From NCBI GenBank assembly GCA_013205405.1, contig JABMMZ010000015.1, forward strand, positions 75,586-139,585: DNA of 64,000 nt, in the 5' to 3' direction. The notes beneath the pieces were generated by a model. The model did not search any database, was not told the DNA's origin, and saw only the letters and a list, made by a program, of their open reading frames with translations. This stretch comes from Bacteroidota bacterium. Lineage in GTDB: Bacteria; Bacteroidota; Bacteroidia; NS11-12g; UBA955. Numbering within the stretch: the first letter of the stretch is position 1; every line of letters starts with the position of its first letter. Made by a program: the position numbers and the translations under genes. This document shows, one piece after another, positions 26,110 to 36,809 of this stretch.

Positions 26110-28208
26110 ATTTAAAAAAAGCCATACTACTGCGAGCTTGGATAGCCTTTATCATGATATTGATATTGGCCATTAGCATTGTATGGCAAATAATTGAATT
26201 GCAATTTACACAAAAGGAAAAGTACATGGCTATAAGCAAAGAGCGTAGTACAAAAATGAGAGAAATTGAAGCTTCGCGAGGTAATATTTATGCAGACGAT
26301 GGCAGCTTATTAGCCACCAGTATTCCAAAATATGAAATAAGAATGGATACCAAAGTGGAATCGGTAACCAATGAATTTTTTAAGGAAAAAGTAGATAGTT
26401 TAGCTTGGAATTTAAGTCAAGCATTTGAAGATAAAACGCAAGCGGAGTGGCGCAGATATTTGATAGAAGCAAGGGCCAGAAAAGATGGGTATTTATTAAT
26501 AAAGAGAGATGTAGACTATGTTTTAGCAAAACAAATGAGTAGGTGGCCAATTTTTAATTTAGGAAAATTTAAAGGCGGTTTTATAAAAATAGAAAAAAAT
26601 AAACGTGAGATTCCCTTCGGGCAATTGGCTGCTAGAACTATAGGTTATACTAATTTGTCAGGAATAAAAATTGGGTTAGAAGGTGCCTATGATTCCTTAT
26701 TAACCGGCACTAGTGGACAAAGGTTAGAGCAACGTATTTATGGTGGTGTTTGGAAACCAGTAGACGATGATGCAGCACTAGAACCACATAATGGCTTTGA
26801 TGTTTTTACCACTATTGATATTCATATTCAGGATGTTGCTGAAAATGCTTTGAAACAATGTTTAATTGTCAATAATGCCGACCACGGATGTGCTATTTTA
26901 ATGGAGGTAAAAACGGGAGCTATTAAAGCCATAGCCAATTTGAAAAAGACTTCTGATGGCGTATATGAGGAAACCGATAATTATGCTATTAACGAATTTT
27001 CAGATCCAGGCTCAACCTTTAAATTGGTCAGTGCTCTAGCATTATTAGAAGACAAATATGTAAAACTAACAGATACAATAGATATTGAATGGGGTAAAAC
27101 TACATTTGGTCCTTTGCAAATGGAAGATGCGCATACTTCGCCTTTCAAAAAAATATCATTTCAACATGTTTTTGAAAACTCAAGTAATGTAGGAATTGCT
27201 AAATCAGTTAATAAATTCTACAAAAATAATCCTGAAAAATATTTGCAATATGCTACTAATTTAGGCTTAAATAAGAGCTTGCCTTTTGATATAAAATCAT
27301 CGCGCAATCCCACTTTGCAAAGTAGTAAAAGTAAAGGGTGGAGTGGTACATCATTGCCTTTTATGAGTATAGGATATGAAATGGCTGTTAGTTCTTTACA
27401 AATACTTTCTGTTTACAATGCAGTGGCTAATAATGGAGAATTGGTAAAACCATATTTGGTAAAAGAAGTAAAAGAATTTGGCAAAATTATTCAAAAAAAT
27501 GAAGTAATAGTTCTAAATAAAAAAATATGCAGTGACGAGACTTTAAAACAATTGCGCATTCTACTTGAAGGTGTTGTAGAGAATGGTACAGCAAGTAGTT
27601 TAAAAGGACTGCCATATAAGGTAGCTGGCAAAACCGGAACGGCACAAATAGCTATGAATAATGGTTTTGATAAAAGTTCGCATAAAGCTTCTTTTGTTGG
27701 TTATTTTCCTGCTGATAATCCGCAATATACCTGCATGGTAGTAATCAATGCACCTAGTAAAGGTGATTACTATGGTGGCGCGGTTGCAGGTCCGGTTTTT
27801 AAAGAAATAGCAGACAAAGTATTTAGTACACGTATGGCACTTCATAAACCGATAAGCTCTATGGCAAAACCTATTGTTCCAAAGGTAAAAAATGGTAAAC
27901 GTGAAGATATTAAAACTGTTTTAAACAAACTGAATGTGCCTAGCAATCAAGTAAAAGGCAATGCAGATGGCGAATGGGTAAAAACAGGATATGATGTTCA
28001 ATCTATCAATTTAAAAGAATTAGAAACAAATAAAAATTTAGTCCCAGATGTAATGGGAATGGGCTTGCGAGATGCCATTTATTTATTAGAAAATAGAGGC
28101 CTGAAAGTAATTTCAGAAGGCTATGGTGCAGTTTCGTCACAATCGATAATAGCAGGTAGCAATATTATTAAAGGTTCTACTATAATTATAAAACTAAGTA
28201 ACGGCTAA
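26106..28208 (+). CDS. ftsI: Peptidoglycan D,D-transpeptidase FtsI (class B PBP) with C-terminal PASTA domain
   Basis: 700 aa. N-terminal TM helix, STFK active-site motif (GSTFKLVSA), SSN and KTGT motifs. PASTA-like tail VPDVMGMGLRDAIYLLENRGLKV. Confidence 0.9.
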   Translation: MNLKKAILLRAWIAFIMILILAISIVWQIIELQFTQKEKYMAISKERSTKMREIEASRGNIYADDGSLLATSIPKYEIRMDTKVESVTNEFFKEKVDSLAWNLSQAFEDKTQAEWRRYLIEARARKDGYLLIKRDVDYVLAKQMSRWPIFNLGKFKGGFIKIEKNKREIPFGQLAARTIGYTNLSGIKIGLEGAYDSLLTGTSGQRLEQRIYGGVWKPVDDDAALEPHNGFDVFTTIDIHIQDVAENALKQCLIVNNADHGCAILMEVKTGAIKAIANLKKTSDGVYEETDNYAINEFSDPGSTFKLVSALALLEDKYVKLTDTIDIEWGKTTFGPLQMEDAHTSPFKKISFQHVFENSSNVGIAKSVNKFYKNNPEKYLQYATNLGLNKSLPFDIKSSRNPTLQSSKSKGWSGTSLPFMSIGYEMAVSSLQILSVYNAVANNGELVKPYLVKEVKEFGKIIQKNEVIVLNKKICSDETLKQLRILLEGVVENGTASSLKGLPYKVAGKTGTAQIAMNNGFDKSSHKASFVGYFPADNPQYTCMVVINAPSKGDYYGGAVAGPVFKEIADKVFSTRMALHKPISSMAKPIVPKVKNGKREDIKTVLNKLNVPSNQVKGNADGEWVKTGYDVQSINLKELETNKNLVPDVMGMGLRDAIYLLENRGLKVISEGYGAVSSQSIIAGSNIIKGSTIIIKLSNG

Positions 28209-28209
28209 T

Positions 28210-29667
28210 ATGTATTTCAAAGATTTAATAAAAAATATAGAGATAATTAATACATACGGTACAGATAATGTATTGGTAAAAAAGCTAGAAATAGATTCTA
28301 GAAAGGTAGAAAAAAATACAATGTTTTTTGCCGTAAAAGGAACAGTTGTAGATGCGCATCAATATATTTCGGGAGTAATTGAAATGGGAGCTTCTGCTAT
28401 TGTATGTAGCGAATTGCCAACAGAAATTAATGCACATGTTGCCTATGTTCTGGTAAAAGATGTTCAGCAAGTTATAGGATATTTCGCTTCTAATTTCTAT
28501 AGTGCACCATCAGAAAAAATGAAGTTGATAGGGGTTACAGGTACCAATGGAAAGACCACCACTACTACTATGTTATATCAGTTATTTACAGCATTAGGAC
28601 ATACTTGTGGTTTAATAAGTACAGTAGAATATATTATTGGAAAAGAAACATTTACAAGCACACACACCACACCTAATCCTATTCGTATTAATGAGCTAAT
28701 GGCTGAAATGGTCGATGCTGGATGCAGTTATTGTTTTATGGAGGTAAGTTCGCATGCTATAGTTCAAGGTAGAATAAATGGACTACAATTTGATGGGGCA
28801 AGTTTCACCAATATTACGCACGATCATTTAGATTATCACATAACCTTTGATAACTACATAAAAGCCAAAAAATTATTCTTTGATAATTTATCTTCAGATG
28901 CATTTGCATTGGTAAATAAAGATGATAAAAATGGAAATATAATGTTGCAGAATACCAAAGCATCAAGATATACTTTTGCTTTAAAATCGAGTGCAGACTT
29001 TCAATGCAAAATAATAGAAAGCGATTTTAATGGCTTGTTATTAAAAGTGGATACTTTAGAAGCATGGTTTGGTATGGTTGGTAAATTTAATGCATACAAC
29101 CTATTGGCAGTATATGGAACAGCTTTTTTATTAGGAGTTTCGCAACAAGAAATAATAACAAAACTAACCTTACAAGGCCGAGTAAATGGCAGATTTGAAG
29201 TATACAAGAGTAGTAAAGGTGTAGTAGGAATTGTAGATTATGCCCACACGCCCGATGCTTTAGTCAATGTATTAGATACTATTAATAATATTAGAACAAA
29301 GAACGAACAACTAATAACCGTATTAGGATGCGGGGGCGATAGAGATAAAACTAAAAGACCAGTAATGGGAAAAGTGGCGACTCAATTAAGTGATAAAGTA
29401 ATATTTACAAGTGATAACCCACGAAGTGAAAATCCAGATAGTATAATAGGAGAAATGTATGATGGTGTGGAAGCTATTAATTATAAAAAAACATTAAAAA
29501 TTGCCGACCGTAAAGAAGCCATAAAAACGGCCATAATGATGAGTAATCCCAAAGATATTATTCTAATAGCAGGCAAAGGTCACGAAACCTACCAAGAAAT
29601 AAATGGGGTAAAATATCCATTTGACGATAGACTCATTTTAACAGAAATATTTAATCAAACTATATAA
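28210..29667 (+). CDS. murE: UDP-N-acetylmuramoyl-L-alanyl-D-glutamate--2,6-diaminopimelate ligase
   Basis: 485 aa. GVTGTNGKTTTT P-loop and the DNPR motif (FTSDNPRSENP) typical of DAP-adding MurE. Confidence 0.92.
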   Translation: MYFKDLIKNIEIINTYGTDNVLVKKLEIDSRKVEKNTMFFAVKGTVVDAHQYISGVIEMGASAIVCSELPTEINAHVAYVLVKDVQQVIGYFASNFYSAPSEKMKLIGVTGTNGKTTTTTMLYQLFTALGHTCGLISTVEYIIGKETFTSTHTTPNPIRINELMAEMVDAGCSYCFMEVSSHAIVQGRINGLQFDGASFTNITHDHLDYHITFDNYIKAKKLFFDNLSSDAFALVNKDDKNGNIMLQNTKASRYTFALKSSADFQCKIIESDFNGLLLKVDTLEAWFGMVGKFNAYNLLAVYGTAFLLGVSQQEIITKLTLQGRVNGRFEVYKSSKGVVGIVDYAHTPDALVNVLDTINNIRTKNEQLITVLGCGGDRDKTKRPVMGKVATQLSDKVIFTSDNPRSENPDSIIGEMYDGVEAINYKKTLKIADRKEAIKTAIMMSNPKDIILIAGKGHETYQEINGVKYPFDDRLILTEIFNQTI

Positions 29668-29670
29668 AAA

Positions 29671-30927
29671 ATGCTATACCATTTATTTACATACTTATAC
29701 GATAAATACCATATTTCGGGTTTTGGTGTTTGGCAATATTTAACTTTTCGCTTTAGTCTAGCGGTTATTTTATCCTTACTTATTTCAGCCGTATTTGGCA
29801 AGCGTTTAATCAATGCCTTGCATCAGTTGCAGGTATCTGAAACTATTCGTGATCTTGGCTTACAAGGCGAAGAAAAGAAACGCGGGACACCTACTATGGG
29901 CGGCTTAATAATTATTGGTGCAATATTGATACCTACCCTTTTGTTAGCAAGACTTACCAATGTTTATGTTTTGCTAATGATAGCGGTTACTGTTTTATGC
30001 GGTATGATTGGTTTTATAGACGATTATATCAAGGTATTTAAAAAAGATAAAGCGGGCCTTTCTGGCAGATATAAAATAATAGGTCAAATAATAGTAGGTT
30101 TACTTGTAGGCTTAACCTTATATTTTAATAAAGCTGTGTTAGTAACAAATCATTATACAGTAAAACAAGCCATAGATTTAAAGTTAGATACCTCGCAATT
30201 AAAAGCCAAAACTATTCAAGGCGAAAGGTTTTTTATGCAAAATGTAAAATCTACCCAAACTACAATTCCATTTTTAAAAACATCCGAATTTGATTATTGT
30301 AGTATTGCTTCTTATTTTGGAGAAACGGCAAGTAAATATTGTTGGGTAGTTTATGTTTTAATCGTTATTTTTATTATAACAGCTGTATCCAATGGGGCAA
30401 ATATTACTGATGGAATTGATGGATTAGCGGCTGGTACATCTAGTATAATTGGGCTCACATTAGGGGTGTTTGCTTTTGTTTCAGGCAATTTTATAATAGC
30501 CAAATATTTAAATATAATGTATATTCCCTTTTTAGGCGAATTGTTCGTTTTTGCTGGTGCATTTGTAGGTGCTTGTATAGGGTTTTTATGGTACAATAGT
30601 TACCCTGCTCAAGTCTTTATGGGCGATACAGGCAGCTTAACATTAGGTGGTATTATAGCTGCATTGGCTATTATAGTTCGTAAAGAGTTATTGATACCTA
30701 TATTATGCGGTATTTTTTTAGTAGAAAATTTAAGTGTTATGATACAAGTAGCCTACTTTAAATACACCAAAAAGAAATGCGGTGAAGGTAGGAGAATTTT
30801 CCTCATGTCGCCCATACATCATCATTATCAAAAGAGAGGATTTCATGAAGCTAAAATTGTAACAAGATTTTGGATTATAGGAATTATACTAGCCATTTTA
30901 ACATTTATTACTTTAAAAATTAGATAA
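29671..30927 (+). CDS. mraY: Phospho-N-acetylmuramoyl-pentapeptide transferase
   Basis: 418 aa polytopic membrane protein. [30 protein letters not shown] and PIHHH motifs. Confidence 0.93.
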   Translation: MLYHLFTYLYDKYHISGFGVWQYLTFRFSLAVILSLLISAVFGKRLINALHQLQVSETIRDLGLQGEEKKRGTPTMGGLIIIGAILIPTLLLARLTNVYVLLMIAVTVLCGMIGFIDDYIKVFKKDKAGLSGRYKIIGQIIVGLLVGLTLYFNKAVLVTNHYTVKQAIDLKLDTSQLKAKTIQGERFFMQNVKSTQTTIPFLKTSEFDYCSIASYFGETASKYCWVVYVLIVIFIITAVSNGANITDGIDGLAAGTSSIIGLTLGVFAFVSGNFIIAKYLNIMYIPFLGELFVFAGAFVGACIGFLWYNSYPAQVFMGDTGSLTLGGIIAALAIIVRKELLIPILCGIFLVENLSVMIQVAYFKYTKKKCGEGRRIFLMSPIHHHYQKRGFHEAKIVTRFWIIGIILAILTFITLKIR

Positions 30928-30930
30928 ATA

Positions 30931-32292
30931 TTGAGTAAAAAAATTATCATATTGGGCGCTGGAGAAAGTGGAACTGGATGTGCTGTATTAGCATTGCAAA
31001 AGGGGTTTACTGTTTTTGTTTCAGATAAAGGAACGATTAAAGAGGAGTATGCACAAGAATTAAATAAAATAGGTGCTAAATATGAAGAAAATCAGCATAC
31101 AGAAAACGAAATATTAAGTGCAGATGAAATCATAAAAAGCCCCGGTATCCCTGATAAAGTAGATATAATAGCAAAAGCAAAAGAAAGAAATATTCCGATA
31201 ATATCAGAAATTGAATTTGCCAATAGATATACCAATGCAAAGCATGTAGGTATAACAGGAACAAACGGCAAAACTACTACTACTTTACTATGCTATCATA
31301 TATTGCAAAAAGCCGGCTATAATGTAGGTCTTGGAGGTAATGTTGGTAAAAGTTATGCCCGTCAGGTTGCAGAAAATAATTTTGATTATTATGTTCTCGA
31401 ATTGAGCAGTTTTCAGTTGGATAACACTTATACTTTTGCCCCCAATATTGCTATACTTTGCAATATTACAACCGACCATTTAGATAGATACAATTATGAT
31501 TTTCAGAATTATATTGATTCTAAATTTCGCATAGCAATGAATCAAACCAAAGATGATTTCTTTATTTATTGCTCCGATGATGAAATTACAGTTGAGAATC
31601 TTTCTACACATAAAATAGACGCACAGAAATTGCCGTTTTCCTATCATACAAAATTAGAAAAAGGAGCATACATAGCCGAAAAAGAACTTCATCTTTTAGA
31701 TAATAACAACCTAACAAAAAACCCTAATAACAACTATTTAACCATGTTTACAAATGATTTCGCCTTAAAAGGCATCCACAACAGTTACAATGGCATGGCA
31801 GCAGCCATTGCCGCCAATGTACTTAACATTAAAAAAGACATTATTCGCGAGAGTTTAATGGATTTTCAAAATGTAGAACACCGACTAGAATTCGTAGCCT
31901 CTGTAGGTGGTGTAGAGTTTATTAACGACAGTAAAGCTACAAATGTTAACTCTACTTGGTATGCGTTAGAAAGTATGGAAAAGCCTATTATTTGGATAGT
32001 AGGCGGTGTAGATAAAGGCAACGAATACGAAACTTTATTACCAATGGTAAAAGAAAAAGTAAAAGTAATTGTATGTCTTGGAAATGATAATACTAAAATT
32101 CATACAGCTTTTGGTAAACATGTCGAATTAATGGTAAATACCAGCAGTGCGCAAGAGGCCGTAAAAGTAGCACAACGTTTTGCAGCAAAAGGCGATGTGG
32201 TGTTACTTTCTCCTGCATGCGCAAGTTTCGATTTATTTGCAAACTACGAAGATAGAGGTTGTCAATTTAAAGCAGCTGTTAAAAATTTGTAA
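30931..32292 (+). CDS. murD: UDP-N-acetylmuramoylalanine--D-glutamate ligase (TTG start)
   Basis: 453 aa. ILGAGESG N-terminus and GITGTNGKTTTT P-loop. The only in-frame initiator giving the conserved N-terminus is TTG at 30931. Confidence 0.92.
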   Translation: MSKKIIILGAGESGTGCAVLALQKGFTVFVSDKGTIKEEYAQELNKIGAKYEENQHTENEILSADEIIKSPGIPDKVDIIAKAKERNIPIISEIEFANRYTNAKHVGITGTNGKTTTTLLCYHILQKAGYNVGLGGNVGKSYARQVAENNFDYYVLELSSFQLDNTYTFAPNIAILCNITTDHLDRYNYDFQNYIDSKFRIAMNQTKDDFFIYCSDDEITVENLSTHKIDAQKLPFSYHTKLEKGAYIAEKELHLLDNNNLTKNPNNNYLTMFTNDFALKGIHNSYNGMAAAIAANVLNIKKDIIRESLMDFQNVEHRLEFVASVGGVEFINDSKATNVNSTWYALESMEKPIIWIVGGVDKGNEYETLLPMVKEKVKVIVCLGNDNTKIHTAFGKHVELMVNTSSAQEAVKVAQRFAAKGDVVLLSPACASFDLFANYEDRGCQFKAAVKNL

Positions 32293-32327
32293 AAATATAA
32301 GATTTTCTTATTCATAATATAAAATGA

Positions 32328-33521
32328 ATGGGGCTAGTAGAAAAAAAAATGAATATTGGAAAGTTAAAATTTAGAGGAGATACTTATATATGGTTTGCAA
32401 TTATTTGCTTATCATTACTAGGATTGATGGCTGTATATAGCGCCACTGGTTCATTAGCTTTTAGAAAACAAGATGGCAATACTGAATACTATTTATTCAA
32501 ACATGCATTGTTTCTTTTTGGAGGTTTTTTTCTCATGTATTTTTTTCATTTATTAGATTATAAATATTTTTCTAGAATTTCTCAATTTGCAGTAATAATA
32601 GCTTTGCCACTATTGTTAGCAACACTTATTTTTGGCAACGACCACAACAATGCAAAACGGACTATTACTCTTCTTGGTATTACCTTTCAAGCCAGTGATT
32701 TTGCAAAATTTGCCATTATCATGTTTATAGCTAGATACCTATCCAAAAAGCAAGAAGAAATGAATTCTTGGAAAGGTTTTGGAGCAATACTCGCTTGGAT
32801 TTGCGGTATTTGTTTTTTAATAATGCCTGAAAATTTAAGTACTTCTTTGGTTTTATTTTTTACTTGTTATCTGTTGCTTTTTATTGGCAATGCAAGGTTA
32901 AAGCATTTGCTTTTATTAGGATGTAGTTTTGCAATTATTGGATTGATAGCATTTTTTACACTCTTAAAAGCACCTGATAGCATGTTGCCAGGCAGAGCAG
33001 CTACTTGGAAAGCACGACTAGAAAATTTTACAGGTAAAGATTCAACCGAAGAATTTCAAACAGTACAATCGAAAATTGCAGTTATAAATGGGGGTTTTTT
33101 TGGAAAAGGTCCTGGTAAAGGTGAGCAAAGTGCTTACTTGCCCGAAGCCTACTCTGACTATATTTTTGCAACTATTATCGAAGAATATGGCCTATTTGGA
33201 GCTATTGTAAGCATATTTTTATATTTGCTTATTCTTTATAGAACCATACGTATAGTATTAAAAAGTCCAAAGGCATTTGGCGCATTATTGGCATTAGGTT
33301 TGGCATTCAGTTTGGTTTTACAAGCCTTAATACACATGGCGGTTGCTACCAGTTTATTCCCTGTTACAGGCCTAACATTACCACTAATTAGCAATGGAGG
33401 TACCAGTTTATTATTTACTACTGCTGCATTTGGAATTTTACTCAGTGTTAGTAGAACAATAGAAGAGCAAGATTTACCACAAAACAATACAGAGAAAGGA
33501 GATAATATTGTTACTGCATAA
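32328..33521 (+). CDS. ftsW: Peptidoglycan glycosyltransferase / lipid II flippase FtsW (SEDS family)
   Basis: 397 aa, about 10 TM helices. SEDS motifs (FQASDFAKF, PEAYSDYIFA, TGLTLPLISNGGTS). An alternative start exists at 32349. Confidence 0.9.
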   Translation: MGLVEKKMNIGKLKFRGDTYIWFAIICLSLLGLMAVYSATGSLAFRKQDGNTEYYLFKHALFLFGGFFLMYFFHLLDYKYFSRISQFAVIIALPLLLATLIFGNDHNNAKRTITLLGITFQASDFAKFAIIMFIARYLSKKQEEMNSWKGFGAILAWICGICFLIMPENLSTSLVLFFTCYLLLFIGNARLKHLLLLGCSFAIIGLIAFFTLLKAPDSMLPGRAATWKARLENFTGKDSTEEFQTVQSKIAVINGGFFGKGPGKGEQSAYLPEAYSDYIFATIIEEYGLFGAIVSIFLYLLILYRTIRIVLKSPKAFGALLALGLAFSLVLQALIHMAVATSLFPVTGLTLPLISNGGTSLLFTTAAFGILLSVSRTIEEQDLPQNNTEKGDNIVTA

Positions 33522-34593
33522 GGTAGTTATATCTGGAGGAGGCACCGGTGGACATATTTTTCCTGCAGTGGCTATTGGTAACGAAATAAAAAAGCGTTAT
33601 CCAAATGCAGATATACTATTTATTGGAGCATTAGGTAGAATGGAAATGGAGAAAGTACCGGCCGCAGGTTTTGAAATTATTGGCTTACCTATTGTGGGTT
33701 TACAAAGAAGATTAACCTTGGCTAATTTTTTAGTGCCTTTTAAATTGATAAAAAGTATTTTTCAAGCGAAGAAAATTATTAAAAACTTTAAACCTCAGGT
33801 AGTAATTGGTGTTGGAGGATATGCAAGCGCAGCCATGCTTTATGCAGCTGCTAGTGCCAATATTCCCTGCCTAATACAAGAGCAAAATTCTTATGCAGGA
33901 ATTACTAATAAATGGCTTAGTAAAAAAGTAAAAACCATTTGTGTGGCTTATGATGGTATGGAAAAATTTTTTCCAAAGGAAAAAATAATTTTAACTGGAA
34001 ATCCTGTGAGAGCAGAAATTGCAAATAACAATAATCTGAATCAAAAAGAAGCAAAAGTAGCCTTAGAATTTGATGAAAATAAGCCATTAATTCTAGCTGT
34101 TGGCGGCAGTTTAGGCGCTAGAACAATTAATAATAGTTTGCAAAAGGGATTGCAAAAAATAGTAGATAATAATTGTCAATTATTATGGCAAACTGGTAAA
34201 AATTTTGAAGCTAATACACAAAATTTAATGGGTGTAAAAGCCCAAGTTTTTATCAATGAGATGTCTATAGCTTATGCTGCTGCTGATATTGTTATTTCAA
34301 GAGCAGGGGCATCTTCAATTAGCGAGTTAACAATAGTTTGTAAACCATTAATTTTAGTACCTTCTCCCAATGTTTCCGAAGACCATCAAACACAAAATGC
34401 AATGGCCTTAGTAACTAAAAATGCAGCTATTTTGGTAACAGATCAGCAAGCTGGCTTAGAGTTAGTTGAAAAAGCTATAGCATTAGCCCAAAACGAAGAC
34501 TTAAAAATAGAGTTAAAAGAAAATATTAAAGAGTTGGCAAAACCAAATGCCTTAATAGATATTGTAAATCAAATTGAAGCTTTAATTATATGA
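33508..34593 (+). CDS. murG: UDP-N-acetylglucosamine--N-acetylmuramyl-(pentapeptide) pyrophosphoryl-undecaprenol GlcNAc transferase
   Basis: 361 aa. SGGGTGGHIFPA motif and C-terminal RAGASSISEL and DHQTQNA motifs. Confidence 0.92.
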   Translation: MLLHKVVISGGGTGGHIFPAVAIGNEIKKRYPNADILFIGALGRMEMEKVPAAGFEIIGLPIVGLQRRLTLANFLVPFKLIKSIFQAKKIIKNFKPQVVIGVGGYASAAMLYAAASANIPCLIQEQNSYAGITNKWLSKKVKTICVAYDGMEKFFPKEKIILTGNPVRAEIANNNNLNQKEAKVALEFDENKPLILAVGGSLGARTINNSLQKGLQKIVDNNCQLLWQTGKNFEANTQNLMGVKAQVFINEMSIAYAAADIVISRAGASSISELTIVCKPLILVPSPNVSEDHQTQNAMALVTKNAAILVTDQQAGLELVEKAIALAQNEDLKIELKENIKELAKPNALIDIVNQIEALII

Positions 34594-35963
34594 ACTTAAA
34601 CAATATTAAAATAGCATATTTTATAGGTATTGGCGGCATAGGAATGAGTGCCATAGCTAGATATTTTAAAGCAATAGGAATAGAAATTTTTGGGTATGAT
34701 AAAACTGAAAATGATTTTACAAAAGTATTAAGTTCAGAAGGGTTTAAAATTCATTATTATGAGGATATCAGTGCAATTCCAAAAGAAATAGTAGAACAAC
34801 CTGAGAGCACAGTTGTTATTTTTACACCTGCTATTCCAAAGGATAATACAGAGTTAGTTTATTTAAAAAACAAAGGTATTAAGCTGCATAAACGAGCGGA
34901 AATTTTAGGTGCAATTTCTAGAAATTCTTACACTATAGCCGTAGCAGGTACACACGGAAAAACTACTACTAGCGCCATGATTGCGCATATTTTAAATGAA
35001 TGTGGCGTAAATTTTACAGCATTTTTAGGAGGTATTAGTACAAATATTAATAGTAATTATATACATAAAATAGATGGGTTAGAAATATTCGATTTGCCAA
35101 TAACAGTAGTAGAAGCAGATGAATATGACCATTCATTTTTGCAACTATCTCCCAATATTTCAATAGTAACATCTGCAGATGCCGACCATTTAGATATTTA
35201 TGGCGAGGCAGATGAAGTAAAAAAATCATTTCAAGATTTTGTAAATTGCACAAATAGCAATGGATTAGCAATTGTACAAGAAAGTTTAGATTTAAAATTT
35301 AAGGGTAAAAGAATCCTTTATGGCAAAGCCAATTCTACAGAGGCCAATTACTCAAACATTTGCATAGTTAACCATCAATTTGTCTTTGATTTTAAATTTA
35401 ATAATATACATCAAATTGTAATCAATGGTATTCCTGGGTTTCATAATATTGAAAATTCTACAGCAGCTATCATCGCTTGCTTACAGTGCAATGTTCCAAT
35501 GCAAAATATTGCAACTGCTTTAAACAATTTTAAGGGCGTAAAGCGAAGATTTGAGTACGTTGTAAATACAGATAAATATGTGGTTATAGATGACTATGCG
35601 CATCATCCAACAGAACTTACTGCCTGTATAAATTCAGTAAAAAAACTATATCCTGATAAGAAATTGATAGGTGTGTTTCAGCCACATTTATATAGCCGTA
35701 CACGCGATTTTGTAGATGATTTTGCAATTGCTTTAGATCTGTTAGATGAATGTTGGTTGTTAGATATTTATCCGGCACGCGAGCAGCCCATAGAAGGCAT
35801 CAATTCTGAATATTTAGCTATTAAAATGAATAGCAAAGTTAGATTAATGAGCAAGCCCAATGTATTAACAAATATTGAAGAAGAAAAGCCAGAATTGTTA
35901 CTTATATTGGGAGCAGGAGATATTGATCAATTAATTAAGCCAATAAGAAATTTGTATGCGTAG
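34590..35963 (+). CDS. murC: UDP-N-acetylmuramate--L-alanine ligase
   Basis: 457 aa. FIGIGGIGMSAIA N-terminus and GTHGKTTT P-loop. Confidence 0.92.
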   Translation: MNLNNIKIAYFIGIGGIGMSAIARYFKAIGIEIFGYDKTENDFTKVLSSEGFKIHYYEDISAIPKEIVEQPESTVVIFTPAIPKDNTELVYLKNKGIKLHKRAEILGAISRNSYTIAVAGTHGKTTTSAMIAHILNECGVNFTAFLGGISTNINSNYIHKIDGLEIFDLPITVVEADEYDHSFLQLSPNISIVTSADADHLDIYGEADEVKKSFQDFVNCTNSNGLAIVQESLDLKFKGKRILYGKANSTEANYSNICIVNHQFVFDFKFNNIHQIVINGIPGFHNIENSTAAIIACLQCNVPMQNIATALNNFKGVKRRFEYVVNTDKYVVIDDYAHHPTELTACINSVKKLYPDKKLIGVFQPHLYSRTRDFVDDFAIALDLLDECWLLDIYPAREQPIEGINSEYLAIKMNSKVRLMSKPNVLTNIEEEKPELLLILGAGDIDQLIKPIRNLYA

Positions 35964-36792
35964 AATAGCGGCTTTTATTAAACAAAATAAAAAATGGAAT
36001 ATAGCATTATGGGTATGTATTACTCTGTTTTTATTAGTTTCATTAATAGCACTAAATAGTAAAGAAAAAAATCTAAAAGTTAAAAGAATAACCGTTAAAA
36101 TATTTCCTGAAAATGAACTTTATTTTTTGGATAGTGCGGCCATTTTAGAAATAATGAAAGGAATAGAACCAAATATGATGATAGTAGGCGGTAAAATTGG
36201 TTTTTTAAAAATTGATGAAATGGAAGCAGATTTAGAAGCAAATCCCTTTGTAGAACAAGCAGATATTTCTGTAGACGTAGCTGGTAATATGCGTGTAAAA
36301 ATATTACAACGTAGTCCTGTATTAAGAGTTTTTAATAATAAGGCACAAAGTTATTATGTAGCAAAAAATGGATATAAAATTCCGGTAAATTCTGCCTTTA
36401 CAGCAAGGGTAATAGTAGCTACCGGAAATATCAATGAAAACCTTTCTGACAGTGCATTTCCGAAGACAATGGTATTAAGAGATTTGTACCAAGTAGCAGC
36501 ATATTGCAATGACAATGAATTTTGGAATGCACAAATTGAACAATTATATGTAGATAATTATAATGATATAATATTGGTTCCTAAAGTAGGAAATCATACT
36601 ATTGTAGTAGGTTCGGCAAATAATATGGAGGAAAAATTTGCACACCTGAAAGATTTTTATACTAAAGGGCTGAATAATTTGGGATGGGATAAGTACAAAC
36701 TGATAAACTTAAAATATAAAAATCAGATAGTAGCTGAAAAATTTGGGAATTGGATACCGAGATTAGATTCATTAAGGATAAATAAAAAGTAA
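35956..36792 (+). CDS. ftsQ: Cell division protein FtsQ (POTRA-containing)
   Basis: 278 aa. One N-terminal TM helix followed by a POTRA-like domain. Canonical position between murC and ftsA. Confidence 0.8.
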   Translation: MRRIAAFIKQNKKWNIALWVCITLFLLVSLIALNSKEKNLKVKRITVKIFPENELYFLDSAAILEIMKGIEPNMMIVGGKIGFLKIDEMEADLEANPFVEQADISVDVAGNMRVKILQRSPVLRVFNNKAQSYYVAKNGYKIPVNSAFTARVIVATGNINENLSDSAFPKTMVLRDLYQVAAYCNDNEFWNAQIEQLYVDNYNDIILVPKVGNHTIVVGSANNMEEKFAHLKDFYTKGLNNLGWDKYKLINLKYKNQIVAEKFGNWIPRLDSLRINKK

Positions 36793-36809
36793 AAGAAAAA
36801 TAAAGTAAT